51,287 nucleotides of DNA from Pelomyxa schiedti. Taxonomy: Eukaryota > Protista > Evosea. Below the pieces are notes generated by a model, which worked only from the letters and a program-made list of their open reading frames with translations, made no database searches and was not told where the DNA came from. Location: positions 1 through 51,287 of the forward strand of contig JAHLWZ010000907.1 in NCBI GenBank assembly GCA_020536535.1, written 5' to 3'. This document shows positions 1 to 10,342 of the stretch, in pieces. The translations under genes and the position numbers were made by a program. Positions within the stretch are counted from its first letter, which is position 1; each line of letters begins with the position of its first letter.

Positions 1-109
1 ACCGCGATATCAGCAGTTCAATTTGTTTAGTAGGAGTTTGCGTTTTGCGCAACTCCTTCACAAAGATAACCGAACATGTCATTGTCATTTCATTCTCTGA
101 AATCAAAAA

Positions 110-504
110 ATGTGCAAAGGGTGCATTGTGCGCCCGTTCGTTGACCGAGAAGGCATCGTACTGGGTGCGTAGTGTACATACACTACAACTGCTAACTAAC
201 CGGCACAACCGCAGAGACTGGCACGTACTTGGCCAACTTCAAAGGGTGCGCGTCGTGTGGCCGCATGGACCAGCTCGCAACCGCAAACAAGGTCGTCGAG
301 GTGGACGACGTCAGCGGCGCCGAGCACGTCGAGTACACCCATAACTGCGGCGCGTGCGGCCACCTCGTCGCGAAGCACACCTACGACTTCGAGGTAGTGG
401 ACGAAAGGCAGGAGGACACGATGAACTGCGCCCTGTGCGGCACCTCCGAGGGCTCCCACAGCGTCGACCCCGTCGACCCACGTGCAATGAGGGCCCTATT
501 CTGA
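110..504 (+). CDS. CHURC1: Churchill-family zinc-binding protein (exons 110-164 and 215-504)
   Basis: Removing a 50-nt GT-AG intron (165-214, contains GCTAAC) gives MCKGCIVRPFVDREGIVLETGTYLANFKGCASC...YTHNCGACGHLVAKHTYDF...MNCALCG...DPRAMRALF*. This is colinear with Churchill as recalled (MCxxC, LENGSFLLNFxGCxxC, YxHxCxxCxHxxAxHxYxF, MxCxLCG, DPRxMxxLF). Confidence 0.92.
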
Positions 505-710
505 AAGCCGGCTGAACGAGTATCATCATCAGAGGAGGGGCGCTCTCTGATGAGAGAGATTGAGCAGTCCCAACTGGGCACAAGTGATTTTCAATCTCGT
601 TCTCATTTGGATTTGTACATCAAAGCACCGGAACGAATATTTTTTCCTTTAAACGAACGTTGGCCAAATAAAACCAAAGGGCAAAGATCCCGTAGATCCG
701 GTGGGGCGCG

Positions 711-2844
711 ATGAGTGGTGCCGACGGCGTAAGTGTTGGTGTTAGTGTTGGCGTAACTGGCGATGTGGCGACCACTGCGAGATCTGAGACCCCCAACGGC
801 AGCGTAATTCCTGCCGCGTCTCCGTCCCCGTCGCCGTCGTTGGTGCCGCCGGCGTCGCCCGAGTATCGGCCGCGCATGCCGACGAACGCGCCGCCGCCGA
901 TTCCGAGCGAGCACAAGCGGAAGGGCAGCGTGAGCGTCGCGCCCGACGCGGCGACGTTGGCTTATGCCGACAACTTTTTGGATGGGTTCCACATCATTGG
1001 CAAAAAGTGGGAGGCGGACCAACACTGGGTGTTGGCAATTATGAAATTCTATGCTGGCATTCTGGAGGTTGTCCTTTTTTTTCCTACCTACCCCCAAGGG
1101 CACTTATTTGGGAGTAGGTTAATCAAGGGTTTTTGGCTGACACAAACGAACTCTGTATGAAGTTCAGGAAAAAATCAGAAGAACAACCTGATTCATTATC
1201 AAAGGTGAGAGCTGCTTATAACTCCCTTGCACTGATCATGGGCCAACTAAGGGTTGTGTCATGTCAGTAGTGAAGACAATAGAAACTATTTCCAAAGTCC
1301 AGGTTCTTATGACTGGGGTATTGGAAAAACTGAAAGCCGATCTTGATAAACAGTTCCATTCAAGGCATGTACTTATGTGGCAGCATTTGCTAACTTTGAT
1401 AAGGGAAATTGAGAGAAAGAAACTGATGTGCGAAGCAGCTGCTCTTACCAAAGATCTGCAAATGCAACTAGATACGTTGCACAAGACTCGTAGTATTTTC
1501 GTCAAAGCTTCCCGAGAGGCTAGTATTAGGCAACTATATTTCTTGTAATCCACTCTTAGGCTGCCAGTGATAAAGTAGCTCTTGAAAAAAAGAAGCTTGA
1601 TCCCAACGTAAAACCAGCTGTTCTCACTGCAGCGGAACAGAAATGTACTGCTTCAGCTGTGTGTAAATCTAAATATTGGATCAACCACTAAAAACTAAAA
1701 TAGGAAAAAGCAAAAGCGGCAGATCAAAAGTACCAGGAAGTTCTGCAACACACAAATTTAAAGCAATCAAACCACTATACTATCGATCAACCAGCATTGC
1801 TGAAGAAATTTGAACAGTTCCAACGTTCAAGTGCGTTTGTTTCAGTTATGGGAAGACTTGACTCTTAGTACAGCTGTCATCAGCATTAAGGAAATGTGTG
1901 CAATATTTTCGGAAAGATTCCGGGAGACCCCAATGATTTATGCATGGGAGACCTCTCTGAAAGATATGTCTGAAGTGTTGGAAAAAATGGATGCTACTGC
2001 AGGTCCAAGTCTTTTCCCATTCTCCCAAATCTGAAATAATCTAGAAATTCTGGATTACGTGGCTCGAAAGGGTACCAGAATGAAGCCGCCTGAGCCCATT
2101 CAATATAGAAATGCAGACGATGTTGCAATTGACGTTGTTGTACCTAAGGTGCATCAAGCCGTGCGGAACACCAACTCTCCAACCTGTATGGAAGAACAGA
2201 AATAATTTGTACTAATCTTAAGTAGTAGCTACATCCCCGAAAACTACGGCATGGTGTAAAGTCAAGCCCTCATCAAGATCGGGAAGTGCGGGAAGTAGTG
2301 GGGGTAGTAGCGGCGGAAGCCTAACTCTTGGCGAGACGAGATATGAACACACGCCAAATTCTTTGCAACTAGGGGGCTCTAAGGGGAGTCTTCAAGCAGA
2401 TGACGAGGAAATAGGTTCTGTTACTAGCGGTATGGCTGTCTTTTAATGAAACCCGTTTATTCAAATTTAAATAAACACAGAGGTCCTAGACCCTCCTGAA
2501 CAAGATCCAACAAGCGAAGAGAGTAAGCTTGCTAAGATTATGCTTGAACTTGAAAGTCAGGTTCAAACCGACTTGCTGAAGAGCGACGCAGAAAATGAAG
2601 CACTACAATCAAACCTATCCAAGTCTGCCATGGCACCCCTTGATTTAGCCAATCAATTACTTGAACTAACTGGCATGACCGGTAATCTTCCTCTCTTTTT
2701 CCAACAAATCCCTATGCCAGTACTCACTCACCACTAGACCTAACACACTTTGATATCGAAATTCCAAGTGGAAGTGACCCCACAACACAACTAAAACTAC
2801 AATCACAACCGCAACAACCCACAACAGAGGAGGGCAAAAGCTGA
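711..2844 (+). CDS. F-BAR (FCH) domain protein, multi-exon
   Basis: Pro/Ser-rich N-terminus followed by helical exons: YADNFLDGFHIIGKKW, LMWQHLL...IERKKLMCEAAALTKDL, YQEVLQHTNLKQSNHYTIDQPALLKKFEQFQ. The pattern is typical of F-BAR domains. The last exon, 2738-2844, ends in TGA. Boundaries are approximate. Confidence 0.65.
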
Positions 2845-2978
2845 GGCAATAGCACCACACCATAGAACCCACAGCATACTTATTTGTGTTTTTAACTGTC
2901 ACCAATACCCAACACCACACCACACCTTTTTGAATTTGAATTGAGTGTTGAATCATAGCTTTTTTACTTTTTCTCGTT

Positions 2979-3078
2979 NNNNNNNNNNNNNNNNNNNNNN
3001 NNNNNNNNNNNNNNNNNNNNNNNNNNNNNNNNNNNNNNNNNNNNNNNNNNNNNNNNNNNNNNNNNNNNNNNNNNNNNN
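2979..3078. other. Assembly gap (100 N) with duplicated flanks
   Basis: Run of exactly 100 N. Bases 2858-2978 recur at 3079-3199. Confidence 0.97.
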
Positions 3079-3570
3079 CACCATAGAACCCACAGCATAC
3101 TTATTTGTGTTTTTAACTGTCACCAATACCCAACACCACACCACACCTTTTTGAATTTGAATTGAGTGTTGAATCATAGCTTTTTTACTTTTTCTCGTTT
3201 GTATGTTTCTTTTCACCACCCTCATTAGTACTTTGGGTGCTCTTGGGGGAGATTGCACCGTGTTTGGGGACGAAAGCAGTGTTACGGGGACTACTTGTCT
3301 TGGGGCGATGCAAAGCTTTGGGTTGTGCACAAGGAACAAAACCCGAAAAGGAAACGTATCGGTCGCCGCTTTTTCCACGCAGCATCTCCCCAAGACAATT
3401 TTTCCCCGGACCTTGATTTTCTCCTAAAAACAACTTTTTTTACCCCAAACACAATGCCAGCTCCCCAACACCATCCCCTTTAAAACCGGAAGGAAAATGC
3501 ATGGAAACAATAAATAAACAACAAACACAAACAAGCAACACAACAAAGAAAAACCACAACCACTCAAGAA

Positions 3571-4690
3571 ATGAAGGCAGCACTGATTATTGCATTGATG
3601 GTGGCCACCGCGGCCGCGTGGACCAGGCTCGACTTCCAGAAGTGGGCAGCAGAGCACAACAAGAACTACGAGACGGAGAACAAGGCGTCCCTCAGGTTCA
3701 AAATCTGGCTCCACAACATGGAGTCCAACGCCAGGTTCAACGCCCAGGGTCACTCATGGACAGTCGGCGCCAACAAGTTCACCGACCTCACCCCTGAGGA
3801 GTTCGAGGTGATTTTTTCCTCTCCCTTTTTATCGTGCATTTGGTGGCTTGTAAAGTAAAATACTATGTAATGTAAAATATACATAGCAGTTATTATCATT
3901 CTTTGCCTAACGCTTATTGTGCAGTCAATGTACTTGATGAGGCCACAAGTACACGGCAACGTGACAACCAAGTCAGCTAGGGGGCTCGTTGGCGAGACCG
4001 TCGACTGGACCAGTGATTGCACAGCAGTCAAGGACCAAGGCGACTGCGGGTCGTGCTGGACATTCGCCACCACAGGCTCCATCGAGACCTGCCGCAAGAT
4101 CACAGGAGACGGCGAGCTCATCTCCCTGTCCGAGCAGCAACTGGTCGACTGCTGCACCGGAGCGTGCTGCAACGGATGCAAGGGCGGGACAATCCAGGGA
4201 GGCCTCAAGTGCGCCGAGAGCGGCCTGACAACAGAGACCGCGTACCCTTACACCGAAGTAGACACCAAGGACTGCAAGGAGCCAAGCAGCCTCAGCACCA
4301 AGATCACTTCCTTGACAGCCATCACATCCGGATCAGTTTCACAACTCCAGAGCGCACTCAAGACCCAGCCCATTGCCGTCGCCATCGACGCCCGTTTGCT
4401 CTCGTATGTGTCTTTTTTTTTTCGTTTTGGTATTTCGTCTAACCCATCAATTATTACACAGACCATACACCGGCGGAATATGGTGCCCAGATGCGTGCTC
4501 TACATCGACACTTGACCACGCTGTCCTGCTCGTTGGAATCGACACCACTGCCAAGGAGCCATACTACAAGATCAAGAACAGCTGGGGAGCTAGGTGGGGC
4601 GAGGAGGGATACTTCCGCATGTGCATCGGTGACAACCAGTGCGGTATTGCAACTGACGCCGCGTATCCAAAGGGATGCGTCAAGGCCTAA
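3571..4690 (+). CDS. Papain-family (C1A) cathepsin L-like cysteine protease preproenzyme (exons 3571-3807, 3925-4403, 4462-4690)
   Basis: Signal peptide MKAALIIALMVATAAA; I29-like prodomain (RFKIWLHN, GANKFTDLTPEEF); QGDCGSCWTF (catalytic Cys); SLSEQQLVDC; CNGCKGG; LDHAVLLVG (His); IKNSWG (Asn); WGEEGYFR. GT-AG introns restore the frame. Confidence 0.97.
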
Positions 4691-4765
4691 GCCCAAATTG
4701 TCAACACTAGAGAAGAAAAACAATTTTTACATTTTGAGCGAAAAAAATCACTTCAAAAAACGAAA

Positions 4766-6256
4766 ATGAGAAGCAGACGTGGCGGTGGTTCTAAGGAAAA
4801 CAAAAGAACGAAGAAACCATGTTCCAATGACAGCACACAACATCCAAGTCAGCCAGCGACAGCAGGGCCCATCCTCCCCGTAGCGCGGATCGTTCCATCC
4901 CGCGACGTCCGCTCGCAGTTCCACGCGCTGTGCATGCTGGCACACCCCCGCTGCGGCCGCGGCCACGGCATCGGCGCCCGCTCCCGGGCCCTCGCGCGCC
5001 GCGCAGCCGCCGCCGCGGCCTCGCCGTCGCTGGCTCTGGCCATCAGGGTCGTGTGGGACTGGGTCCTCCGCGACGCGCCAATCGCGTGGCTCAACGTCCG
5101 CATGGGGAAGTTATGCACGTGCTACAGCCGCCGCGACGACCCCGAGGCCGCCGGCGTCGAGGCCCTGTTCACTCTCGGGGTGTCGCTGGCGACTCTCGGG
5201 GTGGTGCCTGGGAACACTAGGCACTGGGCGCGGCGAGTCTGGCACGGGCCGGGCCACAGCGAGATACTCGGGGCTAATTGCTATCACTTGGTCGAGAGGA
5301 TACAGGGCGACGCGATGGTGTACTTGAAATCGAGGGATTGGGGGGGATGTGGTGGCGATGAATGTGAGGGGAGTGGCAGTGGATGTGGATGTGGCGAGGT
5401 GGTTGGGAGTAGGGAAACAAGGTGCAGTGACAGAGTTCCGTTGACTCGGTATGGGTTTGGGGGTGAAATGGGAATGTGTATGAATCGTAAGTGGCTGGTG
5501 GTCAATGAAACGAGTTCAGTTCAAGAATCCCTTGTTCTTGTTAACTTGCTTTCCGTGGCACAACAACAAAATCAGAACCCGAAACAAACTTCCAAGGTCA
5601 TACCCATTCATGGCAACAGAGTGTCAGCAGTTTTCATGGATGAGTACAATTCCGACGAGGCACTGCTTATTTTTGTACTTGAAGACTGCTGGGATACTGT
5701 GGTGATCAATCTGGAACAGCTATGGTCTTCTGTGGATTGCACGTTTATTCCAATCAGTTCTACGAGGTTCCGGCTGCAACCCGGGATAAATTTCTACCAG
5801 CAGTCCAAGTTTTTGATACTGCGGACTGAATCACTAACGCGAGCGTTTATTGGCGTTGGGTCTGAAGACTGGCGGTCCTCTGTTGTTATTCACTGTGATG
5901 AATCATCACCAACTGAGCCTGGTTCTCAACTTAACATAAAAGATCCTATCCACATTGGCGGCTATTGTGGGAATATGCAAGTGTCGCAGCTGAGTGACAG
6001 GCTCTACTGCGTTTCAGCTATGCTGAGCTGTGAAATATGGGACTGCAACAATCCATCTGGTGCCATCAAGGTTGTGCAATTTCCTGGCTGTGAAGTGGGC
6101 CTCCCAGTTGTGTTTGGGCACTGTGGGTTCATGTTCCACTTGCTAGGTGACCGTGTTGTAGTCACCGACTATGCCTCTGACACAAAAGTGGCTGTCTTCA
6201 CTTGCACCAAGGGGAAAGTCCATAGTGACCACACTTACCTCTCATTCTTGCTGTAG
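4766..6256 (+). CDS. Uncharacterised lineage-expanded family protein, copy 1 (intronless, 496 aa)
   Basis: Long ORF sharing VPSRxVxSQFHxLxxLxHPRCGRG, VWDWVL, GVSLATLGV, KWLV(V/I)N, DEAL, SQLS(D/E)RLYC, WDCN, FGH and terminal LSFLL* with the next two ORFs. Confidence 0.85.
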   Translation: MRSRRGGGSKENKRTKKPCSNDSTQHPSQPATAGPILPVARIVPSRDVRSQFHALCMLAHPRCGRGHGIGARSRALARRAAAAAASPSLALAIRVVWDWVLRDAPIAWLNVRMGKLCTCYSRRDDPEAAGVEALFTLGVSLATLGVVPGNTRHWARRVWHGPGHSEILGANCYHLVERIQGDAMVYLKSRDWGGCGGDECEGSGSGCGCGEVVGSRETRCSDRVPLTRYGFGGEMGMCMNRKWLVVNETSSVQESLVLVNLLSVAQQQNQNPKQTSKVIPIHGNRVSAVFMDEYNSDEALLIFVLEDCWDTVVINLEQLWSSVDCTFIPISSTRFRLQPGINFYQQSKFLILRTESLTRAFIGVGSEDWRSSVVIHCDESSPTEPGSQLNIKDPIHIGGYCGNMQVSQLSDRLYCVSAMLSCEIWDCNNPSGAIKVVQFPGCEVGLPVVFGHCGFMFHLLGDRVVVTDYASDTKVAVFTCTKGKVHSDHTYLSFLL

Positions 6257-6374
6257 AAGTGCTTTTCCCTTGTGTAGTATCCAAGGGCTTAGAGGGAGGC
6301 TGAGACGGAGCCTGGAGGAGGAAGAAAGTAAATCTGCTTCAGAGAAAAATCAACGACAAACAATTAAACTCAAA

Positions 6375-7874
6375 ATGAGCTCGAAGCGCCACCGCTCTAC
6401 GAAAAAGAACCCAACAACATTTGAAACAACAACAACAACAACAACTTCACAACAACAACAAACAGTCGTCCTCCCTGTCTCCCGTGTAGTCCCCTCGCGT
6501 TCCGTCTCGTCGCAGTTCCACGCCCTCTGCATGCTGACTCACCCCCGCTGCGGCCGAGGCCACCACAACCCCCACGGCGCAGGCCCCCGCGGGCTCCCCC
6601 GGCGCCCCGCACGCCCCACCGCCGCCTCGCCCGCCCAGGGCCCCGCGCTGGCCATCAGGGTCGTGTGGGACTGGGTGCTGCACGACGCGCCGGTGGCGTG
6701 GCTCAACGTCCGCATGGCCAAGCACCGCACCTTCTGGGCCCCGACGCCGTGGCTGGTGGGCCGGCCTGCCCCCGGCGTCGAGGCCCTGTTCACGGTCGGG
6801 GTGTCCCTGGCCACGCTGGGGGTGGTGCCCGACACGCGGGATTGCGTGCGGGCCGTGGAGTGGGAGGGGAGCACCCCGCGGGCCGAGCTAATCGGGGCCA
6901 GCCGCACTCGCTTCGTGGAGTGGATCAGGGGTGATAAAATGGTGTATCTGGCACCCAGGCGACCTCTGGTCACACCACTACCTGGAGTGAGTGTGACAGA
7001 ACCACATAATGACCGCCAGAGGAGTGAGTGGGGGGAGTGCGAATTGAGTGTGGGTGCGAGTGGTGACAGGGTTCCTTTGGCCCCGTTGGGCGATGGCATG
7101 ACATTTTCAATGAATCACAAGTGGCTGGTTATAAACGACAGAAGTTCACACCAGAACCGAGTAGTAATTGTCAATCTCCTTTTGGCCGAGCATCAGAATC
7201 AACAGCAGCAGCAACAACCACCAACAAAGGTTATGACCATTTGCGGCAAAAGTGTGTCACAGGTTTTCCTGGACGAGTATCATTGCGATGAGGCATTGTT
7301 TATTTATGGACTTGAAGGCTGCTGGGACGCTGTGGTTGTCAACTTGGCGCAGCTGTGGACTCCTGTGGAGTGCAACTTCACTCCAATCAGTTCCACGCGG
7401 TGCTTGATGCCCAAAAATGTATCACTTTTCCAGGCCAAGTTCAAGTGGTTAGTCTTGTGGACGGAATCACGCACTCGTGCATTCATTGCCAGCGGTTCGG
7501 TATATACCACTTCCGTCCTTCACTACGCCGAATCACCCCCATCGCCTGAGCCAGGTGATCCGACCGTTCAAGAGTCCCTCCACACAGCAATATACTCCAC
7601 CGCCAGGATGGAACTGTCACAGCTGAGTGATAGGCTCTATTGTCTCTCGGGGCATAAGTTTGAAATCTGGGACTGCAACATGCCTGCAACTGCTCTCAGA
7701 GTTTTTGAATGGAACGGCCGAGCGGACATGTTTGGCCATGCTGGGTTCCTGTTTCGCTTGACCGGTGATCGCGTTTTGGTCAGTGACCCTGACTCTGGCA
7801 CAAATGTGGCTGTGCTCACTTGTAGCAAGGGGAAAGTCCCTACAGACCGCACCGTTCTATCCTTCTTGTTGTGA
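6375..7874 (+). CDS. Uncharacterised lineage-expanded family protein, copy 2 (intronless)
   Basis: Same motifs as copy 1. The ATG at 6375 (caaaATG, MSSKRHRS) matches the basic N-termini of the paralogs better than the ORF-track start at 6171. Confidence 0.85.
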   Translation: MSSKRHRSTKKNPTTFETTTTTTTSQQQQTVVLPVSRVVPSRSVSSQFHALCMLTHPRCGRGHHNPHGAGPRGLPRRPARPTAASPAQGPALAIRVVWDWVLHDAPVAWLNVRMAKHRTFWAPTPWLVGRPAPGVEALFTVGVSLATLGVVPDTRDCVRAVEWEGSTPRAELIGASRTRFVEWIRGDKMVYLAPRRPLVTPLPGVSVTEPHNDRQRSEWGECELSVGASGDRVPLAPLGDGMTFSMNHKWLVINDRSSHQNRVVIVNLLLAEHQNQQQQQQPPTKVMTICGKSVSQVFLDEYHCDEALFIYGLEGCWDAVVVNLAQLWTPVECNFTPISSTRCLMPKNVSLFQAKFKWLVLWTESRTRAFIASGSVYTTSVLHYAESPPSPEPGDPTVQESLHTAIYSTARMELSQLSDRLYCLSGHKFEIWDCNMPATALRVFEWNGRADMFGHAGFLFRLTGDRVLVSDPDSGTNVAVLTCSKGKVPTDRTVLSFLL

Positions 7875-7950
7875 ATCACGCAACGAAGACCAGTTTTTTA
7901 CTTTTCTTTTTTTAATGTCCTTTATCTGAAGACGAACCAATGAAAAAAAA

Positions 7951-9393
7951 ATGAGGACAAGACGCAACCGCAAGCACAAGTCCCACGCACCCAAACAGCC
8001 ACAAATATGCTCAACAACCACTCCACATGAAGCGGCAAGTGTTCCTCTCGTACAAGTCATACCGTCGCGATCGGTTTCGTCGCAGTTCCACACCCTCATG
8101 CTGCTGACCCACCCCCGCTGCGGCCGCGGCCGCCCCGGCGCCCGTGCCCGCGGCCTCGGCCGCTGCGCCGCCCGCGCCCCCCCCGGCCCACCACTCGCCC
8201 TCGCCATCGCGCCGCCGTGGCTGGGCGTCGCGGTCCGGGCCGTGTGGGACTGGGTCCTGCACGAGGCCCCGGTGGCGCTGCTCCAGGTCGCGCTGGAGAC
8301 GGACTCGCGGGAGTGGTCGCCCCGCGGCAGCGAGGCGATAGTCACCGTCGGGGTGTCCCTGGCCACCCTGGGCGTGGCGGGGTGGTACACGCGGCGCTGC
8401 GCATGCGACGGCCGCACCCAGCTCGTGGCGGCCACGCACGAGCATCTGGTGGAGAGGACCCGGGACCCGTCGGCGGGCACAGGTCCCTGTAGGTACTGGG
8501 ACTACAAGTGGTGGGACCTGACGTTGCAAGAAAAGGGTGGTTGTGGGGACAGGGTGCAACTGATGCGGTATGGGGGTGGCACGCACCTTTGTCTGAACGA
8601 CAAGTGGCTTGTCATAAATGAGTGTGATAGGTGGAGGGAGGAACGCGTTGTCATTGTGAACCTGCTTGTGGCGGTGCAGCAAAATCAGTGGCAGAAACAA
8701 AAGAGCAACAAGAACCTTACGGCACACCAACAACAGCCAACGAAAGTAATACCCATGACCGGCAAGCGTCTTCCGTCGGGAGTGTTCATGGATAAGTATC
8801 ACAGCGACGAGGCATTGTTCATTTTCCGAGACGACGCCGTTGTGGATGCCGTGGTTATCAACCTCGAACAGCTGTGGAACTCTGCCGATGACTCATTCAG
8901 GCCAATCGGCTCCACGAGGTGCTTATTGCCAACAACATTTGCATCTCTGGGCGGCACGTTGGAGTGGCTGGTGCTGTGGACTCTATCACAGACGCGAGCT
9001 CTGATTGTCCAGGGCTCAAGCTCTGTTATTCATTACGCTGAGTCGCAGGCCAATCTGCCCGCTCACATCCAAGAGGTTCTCCATTCTTCGCACTATGACA
9101 CCTCGAGGCTGAACTTGTCGCAGCTGAGCGAGAGGCTGTATTGCATTGTGGGACCGTCGGTGCTCGAAGTCTGGGACTGCAACATACCGTCACGCGCCAT
9201 CAGGGTTGTTGGACTGGATAACAACTGGTGCGACTTGCTGTTTGGGCATTGTGGGTTCATGTTCTCTGTGAGCCGCGACCGCGTTTTGATCACCGACTAT
9301 GAGTCCGGCACAAATGTGGTTGTGATAACTCGCGGAGGTGCCAGCAAGAAGAGCTTCATGACAAACTACACCCAGTTGTCCTTCTTGTTGTGA
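7951..9393 (+). CDS. Uncharacterised lineage-expanded family protein, copy 3 (intronless, 480 aa)
   Basis: Same motif series as copies 1 and 2; ends LSFLL*. Confidence 0.85.
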   Translation: MRTRRNRKHKSHAPKQPQICSTTTPHEAASVPLVQVIPSRSVSSQFHTLMLLTHPRCGRGRPGARARGLGRCAARAPPGPPLALAIAPPWLGVAVRAVWDWVLHEAPVALLQVALETDSREWSPRGSEAIVTVGVSLATLGVAGWYTRRCACDGRTQLVAATHEHLVERTRDPSAGTGPCRYWDYKWWDLTLQEKGGCGDRVQLMRYGGGTHLCLNDKWLVINECDRWREERVVIVNLLVAVQQNQWQKQKSNKNLTAHQQQPTKVIPMTGKRLPSGVFMDKYHSDEALFIFRDDAVVDAVVINLEQLWNSADDSFRPIGSTRCLLPTTFASLGGTLEWLVLWTLSQTRALIVQGSSSVIHYAESQANLPAHIQEVLHSSHYDTSRLNLSQLSERLYCIVGPSVLEVWDCNIPSRAIRVVGLDNNWCDLLFGHCGFMFSVSRDRVLITDYESGTNVVVITRGGASKKSFMTNYTQLSFLL

Positions 9394-10342
9394 AGTGTGA
9401 GTGGTGGGTGGTCTGGGGAAGGAACACAGTATGAAAAGAACAAAAAAATATTTTAGTTTATAGTTACAAAGCAGAATCAGAGAGGGTTCTAAACCCTCAA
9501 ATTGAGGAGCGAACAATTTGGAGGATAGCTGTACAGTGGATTGTTTGTTAGACGTTTTAATAGAAGTGGAATATATACCGGAGCCAACAACAACAAATAG
9601 TAGGAAGCCGATGACTATTGGGCCAACACCGAGAGTGGACTTCTCCTTTTTCTACGGTTAATGTTAGTAAGGTGCCACAATAATGAAACTTCGTGAAAGA
9701 CACATACAGCGGCGTCGACCATTCCTCTCCTTGTCACGTTCCCCTCAAACTTCTCCTCCTTCGCCCTCAACGAACGTGGCTTGTGCTATACTCCCAGTCA
9801 GAATACAACCAAAGGGCGCCCATAAAAAAAAAAAAAAAAAAGCTGGGGTGGGCAAAGGATGCAACGCAAGAAGGATACCATACCTTTGTTTGAGCTGTGT
9901 GTTTCATTGTGTTTGTTTACGGTACTAGCAGGGTCACCGGTGTTATGCGGGTGTTTGTTTTGAAAAATAAACGGTCAAAAGGTGTCACCGTGTGCTTGAT
10001 TTGTTTGACCGGCTTAGAACTTTGGAAATAGAATAGGGAGATCTGCAATTGCAGGCAGGATTTTTTTCTTTCGAAGCGGGCATTTCGAGAAAAAAACAAA
10101 CCACGAACCAACACCCGTCGCTTGTCGTCGCTTTTTTTCTTTCCTTTTCCATTTCCCTAATCGAATAGGCTGTGGTGTGTCACTCTTCATTCTTTACTCA
10201 TTTCGGTTTTTTTGTTGTTTTTGGGTTTTTCCTTTGTGGTCTATGTTGGGTGTTTGTTGTTGACAAATGAGTGTCTTGTTCTATGTTGAAGACTAACTTT
10301 GGTTGGCCTTTGTGCATACAACCACTATTGGCAGTGCACGAA

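Noticed and set aside
2858-3199. 121-bp direct repeat around the N run, as a possible LTR or target-site duplication
   Set aside because: The identical copies directly flank a 100-N placeholder, which indicates unmerged contig overlap.
6171-6374. N-terminal extension of paralog 2 overlapping paralog 1
   Set aside because: The paralogs align from the ATG at 6375, which has the A-rich context. The upstream frame is probably open by chance.
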